DNA of 56,964 nucleotides, filler included, from Perkinsus olseni (Eukaryota): NCBI GenBank assembly GCA_013115125.1. It is 2 parts of 2 records of this genome, joined end to end, with 100 filler letters (N's around TTAATTAATTAA, not from the genome) between each part and the next. Parts side by side here need not be neighbours in the genome. Positions count along the whole stretch, not along the records: positions 28,581 to 56,964 come from JABANN010000448.1; 1 more part is not named here. One strand, 5' to 3'. Shown piece by piece: positions 50,515 to 56,964 of this stretch (position 1 is its first letter; each line of letters starts with the position of its first letter). The notes under the pieces were generated by a model. It saw only the letters and a program-made list of their open reading frames with translations, ran no database searches and was not told where the DNA came from. The position numbers and the translations under genes were made by a program.

Positions 50515-51950
50515 TTAAGCCGTGTATGCTAAGAATTTGTGGAGAGGTGTAGAACGATTTTGATATGACCCGTCACGATTTCCGACCTCAGAGGTCGTGA
50601 TGAAAGCCGCTTTTACTCGTCCGAAGGAGAGCCTCTGGTAGTGAGTGCGCGTACTGGCTACCGTTGCGTAGTACACTTTTCGCGTTTTGCACGTAACGGG
50701 CGTGAAATAGAGCCATCGGCGTGATGGCCCGAACTCCATTGTGTCGCTTTTGCCAGAGTCCGTATCGTTGAAGTGCCAGCCGACGGCGATGTAGCCAAGT
50801 CCTGCGGTGGTGGTGCCATCGTAGGCCTAGAGTGGGTATCAGCCTCCCGCATTGCAGTTCATGTTAGGGACCATGTGAGTGTTGAGGGAGAGGAGGGGTA
50901 GGAGAGGGTCGGCACGAGTGTCTGATCTTCGGCAGGCTCGTGATTCCACCCTGCGCAAGCTTCGAGTGAAGATTCTCTCCCACCGACAGGATGTGGGTTG
51001 GTGCGTCGAAGCGGACCTTCCTGGTGGCAATGCACACTCGAGAAGGGTAAGCTGACTATACCATCACTCTACACGGATGGCTGATGCTTTTGGTGTGAAG
51101 CTCTCAAAACTACACTCTGTCTCTATCGGAGAATGCGCCCTTCATCGCCCTCGCGACCTCGTTGAAGTCCTGCATTTCCACCCGACCATCCGACTCCTGG
51201 GTTATTGCAACTCTAATGCAACGTGATGTACGTTGCAATGGAATGCAACCGAATGCCTCATCATAATTGCAGTTTATTGCTTTGCAATTTATTGCAGCAG
51301 CATTAGTGCTCACTATACTGAGTCACGAGGGTTCAAACCCCCTTACAAAATAATAAATCAATATTTTGTCGATTTCTCTGGTTACTCAATATTCTTCATG
51401 AAACCTTTGGCCTCGATGCTCCAGTGAAAGCAAGCTAGGTGAGAATTGCGTCTCAGTGCGAGCTAACTCGCTAGGTCATCGCCGAGCATCCCCCCTCTGC
51501 GCAGGTGATCGATTCTTTGCGATAAAATGAGTGCTTCAAACGGTCGGGGAAAATCGACATGATTAGCGACGAGGATTTTCCTGTAGATTCATAGCCCCCA
51601 AGTTATTTCTGTTCCATTATTCTCCTATTTCTGGTAATGATCGACTTCGCGCTTTCTGCACTCCATCACAGTTTTAGTTTGGGGAAATTGATCGCAAGAA
51701 TCGGTCATCTGTTTCTGGGTTCTCAGGCGTCTCCGTACTACCTCTTTCTCTCCTCCTCGATCTGTGGCCAGTTCCTTGCAGCGGGGTGCGAAGCGGGAAA
51801 TGTAAGCATACTCGGGTGTATTCTTGCAATCTTGCTTTCTCTAGGTTTTCCTCTACTCCACGGACCCTGCTGGCCCTCCAGCTCTGATACGGACGCTGCC
51901 GAGAGCGCATTCAGAGGTCGTTAGCGGCCTAGCTTGGGCGTCGACCTCCC
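50515..51950 (-). CDS. Probable multi-exon hypothetical gene or decayed gene
   Basis: Exon-like frames VAITQESDGRVEMQDFNEVARAMKGAFSD and AYDGTTTAGLGYIAVGWHFNDTDSGKSDTMEFGPSRRWLYF. No family recognised. Confidence 0.3.
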
Positions 51951-52853
51951 TGTTAGCCGATCGGAAGACGATTCTCTTGGCCAGCGCGTGCGACGATGCC
52001 TCGGTGCTGTGGCCCCTATCAGAGTGTCGGGTAGCTACGCCGTGTCAGGTTTGCTTCTGGGGTAGTTCAGAGTGGCCGAGCATTGCTGGTGTAACGCCAG
52101 ATGCAGCATGAACAGTATCCACCCTTCTCTATGTCACGCTTTGTATCATTGCTCCATTGCGGCGGCTTCAATCCACAGCTTTTAGTAGGTCTTGTAAAGG
52201 CATTTTGTGCGACGTATAAGCGAACCGATTCGTTATGCAGTTCGCGAGAATCGTCGTTTCCGCGTAAGTTTGAAATTACTCGGTTTCAAAGGAGTAGGTG
52301 TAGTTTCAGGCTTATTAAGCCCCTCGGAGAGTCTGAGGTTTTATCATTACTCAGGTTGTGTTCGGTCGTCGAAGGAGTATATTGGCGGTTTCTTGACTTG
52401 GTCGTGTGCCGCGCGACCTCTCTAGAGTGACCTCCTCCCTGGTTTTCGTCTCAGTTGAGGGACTCAGCACGATGCATGCAGAGCCCTCGATGCTCTCACG
52501 GAAATTAATCTCCCGCCTGGGCTCCAGTGTTTGGTTCAGTGGTCTTGGACGCGTGGAAGAAGGAACTCGGGCGAATCAAGGCATTGCTTAAACCCAGTGG
52601 TCTTCGGACGAGCTGCATCTCTCGCTTGAGAATGGGGACCACCCTTCGTACCATACCAGTACAACGGTGCACCGCGTCCAGATGTATTTCCTACTTTCAA
52701 AGTACGGCACGATCTAAACTGAGTTAGGTGAAACCGCTGTTGTGTAAAGCAACAGAGCTCTGGTTTGAGGATTCGGCCACTGTATCGAGTAAGGCTCATA
52801 CCCTTGGGGCTCCTCTTGACAGTTTTGTGTTTGATGAGCCTCCTGTAGTGTTG

Positions 52854-55612
52854 ATGATGATGAGTAGCCCTGCAAGCGTTAGAGGTGTCGATATCGCTTG
52901 GCGGCATCCATCCCGAAGGAACAGGCCTCGTCGTTTCAGAGGCATCCTAACTTGTTTATTGGTACGTGTACGCTACATACCGGGCATCATTGAGTATCCA
53001 AGGTCGATGCTGGCACTTGACGGAATCGATTTGTAGGCCAGTATTGTGGCAATATCGTATACTATATTTCTCCTGCCACTGGCGTGGCCTTTATTACCAC
53101 TGCCGACGACCAGAATCCGAGAACTCTATCGTAGGTGGATTATGACGGTGAGTCCGGAGCTTCGCTCCGCTCAGTACTCTCACTACTACCACAGGTCCAG
53201 CTGCTTTATTTCGGTTTCGTCGGTGGTCTGGTTGAGCTCTTCTGTGGCATCCGTCTTGTTATCGCCGGCAGTGAGGAGTTAAGAGATGGCTACCTCGAGA
53301 GACCATTGGTCATCTCCAATATGAACAACGGGTAGGTTTACAACTGCGAGGGAGGATTCTCGAGCGAGGATTTCGCAGCGTGTAGTTTGAACTGCCTTCC
53401 ACGGATTTCGGTGTTCGCGTTGTCCCCTAGGATGATCTGCGTGGATATGGCCTCAGCGCTACAACGCTGATCCTGTTGGCGCAGGTTCGAATCCTGCCGC
53501 TGTCGGGTTATCGTTTTGGTTGAAATTCCTTCTTCGCCTTTCGGTACAGTTGGTGTAGGCGCATCAGCCAGAGCTGCGGCACAGTTTCAGCTCGATGATG
53601 ATGATCATCGACGACGACCGTGGTCGCCTCCACACTCCTGTGGGTTTAATCTGGTTATTAAGAAATCGCCTTCGTCAGGCTTAACTTAGAAGCTCTTGTG
53701 GAATGTCAGGCCGCTTCTCAGGTTGGTTGATGCGCTCAGTATGATATGCCTGTGTCTGCGTCTACGACGACTATCAACGCTAAAGTTCATAGTGGATGAC
53801 AGCTGGCGTCGAGTACCCATCATAGGTTGGGCTATGCAGATGATGCTCTTCCCCTTCGTGCATGTTGATGGAGCTGATCAGAGTTCACAGAGGAAGGACA
53901 GAAGCTCTTTGAGACATCATATAGAGTAGGTTGCTGTTCGAAATTTGGTATGTAAAAATAATATTACTATTCAAAAGTATAAATGAATAAGCTACAAGAG
54001 TTTCTGTGCCGACATCTCCGTCCCTGAGCTGAAGGCACTGCGTAAGGCACTTCGATCGATACACAACAGTCCGTGGCCACCGGGCTACACGGACGCCGCG
54101 ACCGAAGTGCACTCTAGGTTATGTAACCCTTTCGGCAGTCTTCTCCCCCTCGGGTGTGGGTCGAAGGGAGCTGTGTTATGAAGGTACCTGGCGGCCTTCA
54201 ACGACAATGAGGGTATAACATTGGCGGTGTATCCAGAGGCTTACGTGGACAGGGACGAGGATGGTGATGACGAGCAACGAGGGACAACCAGCAACAGCCA
54301 GCTCAGGTATTTTCGTGTACACCTCCTACCGCCTCTTCACCTATTCTCATGGAACCCACGTAGCTCTGAGCTCCATGCTCACAGCGTCCACAGACTGGAT
54401 GCAACTCTCCTTTTGTGGATTGGCAGGTATACATCTAGACCATGGAGTGCTCTGCTCACCACGGCCATCGACGCGTTACGAACATTCAGTGCGATCGACT
54501 GCTGTCTGGACGTCACCACTGGCACGGTGGACTTCCAAGTACCAGCTACCTCACCGATCGGTAACTATCATTTATCCTTCAGCCCTTCGAGCGTGCTACT
54601 CTCGGGAGCATGTGGAGAGGAAGGTTCCCTAGAGAGGTGGCTAACCGTCTACTGCTGCTGTTGCTGTACTCGTCTACGTCAGGTGCACATGTACGTGGCA
54701 CGATACCATTGGTCGGAGGTGCCCAGTAGGCGTGAGCATGTGAGGGAGTGGATTGCTGATCGGTTTGAGTGTAAAGAAGATATGCTACAGAGGTAGCCTC
54801 GGCATGTGCGCTCATACAGTTTCCGCGGACAGCACCGTCAGTGTAGCCAGGGAGCAGCGAACGCTGCGGCCTTGACAGCGTATCAGGTCCAGCTGGTTCA
54901 TAAGGATATGATGTATACTGGCCAGACGGAAAATGTTCTGCTATGAAGTTCTCTCCGCTTTCTGCATCACTTCCGGGTCCTTCATCACAGAAGTTGGGGC
55001 CACGCGTTGTTGTCGTTGATGAAGATCCTGCTCCCTCTACTGCTGCTCTTGGTGGTGTTTAGATTCTATTCGCCTCTCCAAGTGTTACTAAGCTCACCTC
55101 CGCCCCAAGAGCAACAGTCATCCACAAACGACGAGCAGCAGCCTAGACGTGTTGAATCATCATCATCGCTCATGGAGGGTTGGGATGGTGAGGAGGCCGT
55201 CAGCATCACCAGCAATACCAGTAGCTAGCTTTGCCTCGTCACGCTGATCTGAAGTGTAGATATCAGGTTCAGTGGTAGACCAGCTAGACCCTGCAATGTG
55301 GTTTTCGGAGGGTCCTGGAGAGCCGCCATTGGAGGAGGTGTTATCTAAGGAAATGAAGTACGACTGGGGCCGAGCTCTGTGGCAGTGATCGCGATTGATC
55401 GTGGATTCATCGAAATCCCTCTCATCGCTCTATTCGTGTGAGACGAGAAGATACTGTGTGTACCTGACGACTCGGCAGTGGCCAGGGATGTGAATATGAA
55501 AGGATTCACGATGCCGTTGGTGTATGAGCTCGCAATGCTGGCATTGCTCATGAGGACAAAGCATCCTTAGCTGGAAATACTGCAATAGCAATTTCGTGGC
55601 GCGCGGTAGTGT

Positions 55613-55660
<48 letters not shown>

Positions 55661-56030
55661 TCAGGTTTGTTCAATATGCTTACACCAGCTACATGCTGTG
55701 CTTCGTGGTGGCCTTGATAGTCCATCTCTTGGTAGGCCATCTCTTAGCTCTAACATGATGGTAACCATCCTCACTCAGATCGGAGTCCTCGTCTTCCGAG
55801 TGCCGATCTTCGTGCTTTGGACAGTGCTCACTATCTGTGCCACATATGCCTTCGTAACCTTTTCTGTTGGAGGCTTCGACATCTTAGAGCTCGAGGTGTG
55901 GCCGAGGAAACGCAATGTGGTTCTACCGTCAGGTAAGAGGGTTTACACTCTCGATCAAGCGGACTCGTGTTCTGCTTTCAGACGGTCCCCTGTCGTACGG
56001 CAATTTCGTGGGGGCTCAGAGCGTTGGTAG
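52854..56030 (+). CDS. Lysophospholipid acyltransferase-like protein (LCLAT1/AGPAT family), multi-exon, catalytic motifs degenerate
   Basis: N-terminal TM segments, PLVISN, LKFIVDDSWRRVPIIGWAMQMMLFPFV, LAVYPE, VHMYVARY...EWIADRFECKEDML, and C-terminal TM plus VGGFDILELE like the LCLAT1 tail. 3' end uncertain. Confidence 0.75.
53479..53512 (+). pseudogene. tRNA-Ser 3' end plus genomic trailer inside an acyltransferase intron
   Basis: GCGCAGGTTCGAATCCTGCCGCTGTCGGGTTATC is the exact reverse complement of 56889-56922. Confidence 0.9.
55613..55660 (+). repeat. (ATC)16 microsatellite
   Basis: 48 nt of perfect ATC repeat. Confidence 0.95.
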
Positions 56031-56739
56031 AAAGGAAGACTACGCAGGTCTGGGGCGAGGAGGTTATGACCCTCCCAGCACGATTTGGGGAAATGCAAGT
56101 GGGAATAAGATTACAAGTCCACTCTCTATATTCTCCGTCGGAAGTGAGCCGAGGGTAGTCAGCCGAGTCGGTAGTAGTTGAAGTTGCATCAGATCCGTCC
56201 ACTGGCAGCAGAGCGTTTAGGAAGGATTCTATTGTGAGTCCAAGAATGGAACACAGGAGGAGCCAAAGTCGACATTTCTAACGTTACAGCTGTCTTGTGT
56301 TTGTTATATACTCGACAGGACTATTTGTCGGCGCTGCTGAATTCTTGATTTCCACATACTTTGTCGTCAGTAGGATATTAGTTCACATGACTCCCCGCAG
56401 GGCATCGACCGTTTTCACTCTTTCGGTATCCCGTTCAGCTCGCATCGGGCGCTTCTCGCTGTGGAGTGCTGAGCGGGCTGTTGTAGACTGCGTACACTCA
56501 CCCCTCGTTTGATCTATCCGTGCTACTTCAGGTCTTCGACAGGTGATGATCGGCGGGACGAAACAAAGCACGACGAGGCGGGTGTGAGATAGAGTGGGAG
56601 CATGGCAGCTACTTTTCCGGTCGCGGGAAGAAATGAGTAACCTGAGGCTTCGTCTGTGACAGCGTGTTCACGGGTCATGAGTCTAGAGACAGGCCAGGTC
56701 AAGGCCAGTGAAGAATAAACTTCCCTTTAAAGTATACCC

Positions 56740-56827
56740 CGATAGCGGCAGGATTCGACCCTGCGCAGGCTGAGCCTTAGGGACTCATGACTCCAGTCCA
56801 CTTCCTTAACCACTCGGACACGCTGTC
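56740..56827 (-). pseudogene. tRNA-Ser pseudogene with disrupted anticodon arm
   Basis: GACAGCGTGTCCGAGTGGTTAAGGAAGTGGACTGGAGTCATGAGTCCCTAAGGCTCAGCCTGCGCAGGGTCGAATCCTGCCGCTATCG: insertion in the anticodon arm, GGTCGA instead of GTTCGA, and an acceptor mismatch. Confidence 0.85.
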
Positions 56828-56895
56828 TAGTTTGGAACCCGCCTGGCTGGTGCGGACCGGAAGGTGAGAAATGAATTTCTCTCCATAGGATAACC

Positions 56896-56964
56896 CGACA
56901 GCGGCAGGATTCGAACCTGCGCGGGCAGAGCCCAGTGGGTTTCTAGTCCACCTCCTTAACCACT
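56896..56964 (-). tRNA. tRNA-Ser(AGA), 5' end cut by the window edge
   Basis: ...AGTGGTTAAGGAGGTGGA CT-AGA-AA CCCAC TGGGCTCTGCCCG C GCAGG TTCGAAT CCTGC CGCTGTCG: long variable arm, one anticodon-stem mismatch. Confidence 0.85.

Noticed and set aside
55596-55680. Poly-Ser protein start (MARGSVSSSS...)
   Set aside because: Translation of an (ATC)16 microsatellite that appears intronic.
210-56571. Most 60-150 aa ORFs in the supplied track
   Set aside because: They are exon-plus-intron read-throughs or antisense shadows of spliced genes, and many start at TTG or GTG.
1-56964. CRISPR array, operon or prokaryotic defence system
   Set aside because: No regularly spaced repeats or cas-like ORFs were seen, and the DNA is spliceosomal-intron-rich eukaryotic sequence.

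Overview
Eukaryotic, intron-rich genomic DNA of about 50% GC with many 45-60 nt GT-AG introns. It most resembles a perkinsid alveolate (Perkinsus-like), which is an inference from intron style and gene families, not a database match. Most ORFs in the supplied track are exon fragments or shadow ORFs. Genes reconstructed by eye, in order: a Rieske/FAD oxidoreductase (AIFM3-like), an RRM-like protein, CstF-77/Rna14, an intronless APC amino-acid transporter, three tandem PA28 (11S) proteasome activator paralogs, QSOX, Exonuclease 1, an assembly gap with an artificial linker, three paralogs of a small secreted protein of unknown function, a long uncharacterised minus-strand gene, a CAMK-type kinase, an LCLAT1-like acyltransferase that appears to lack its catalytic His, and tRNA-Ser copies at the right edge. 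The most striking non-coding signals are (i) about a dozen dispersed tRNA fragments, the intronic ones mostly antisense to the host gene, including a full-length cloverleaf with a 16-nt anticodon loop, and (ii) two short motifs, GCTTCGCTCCGC and AATTTCGTGGCGCGCG, that recur 7-9 times each, mostly in introns of unrelated genes. Exon boundaries were read manually and are approximate.
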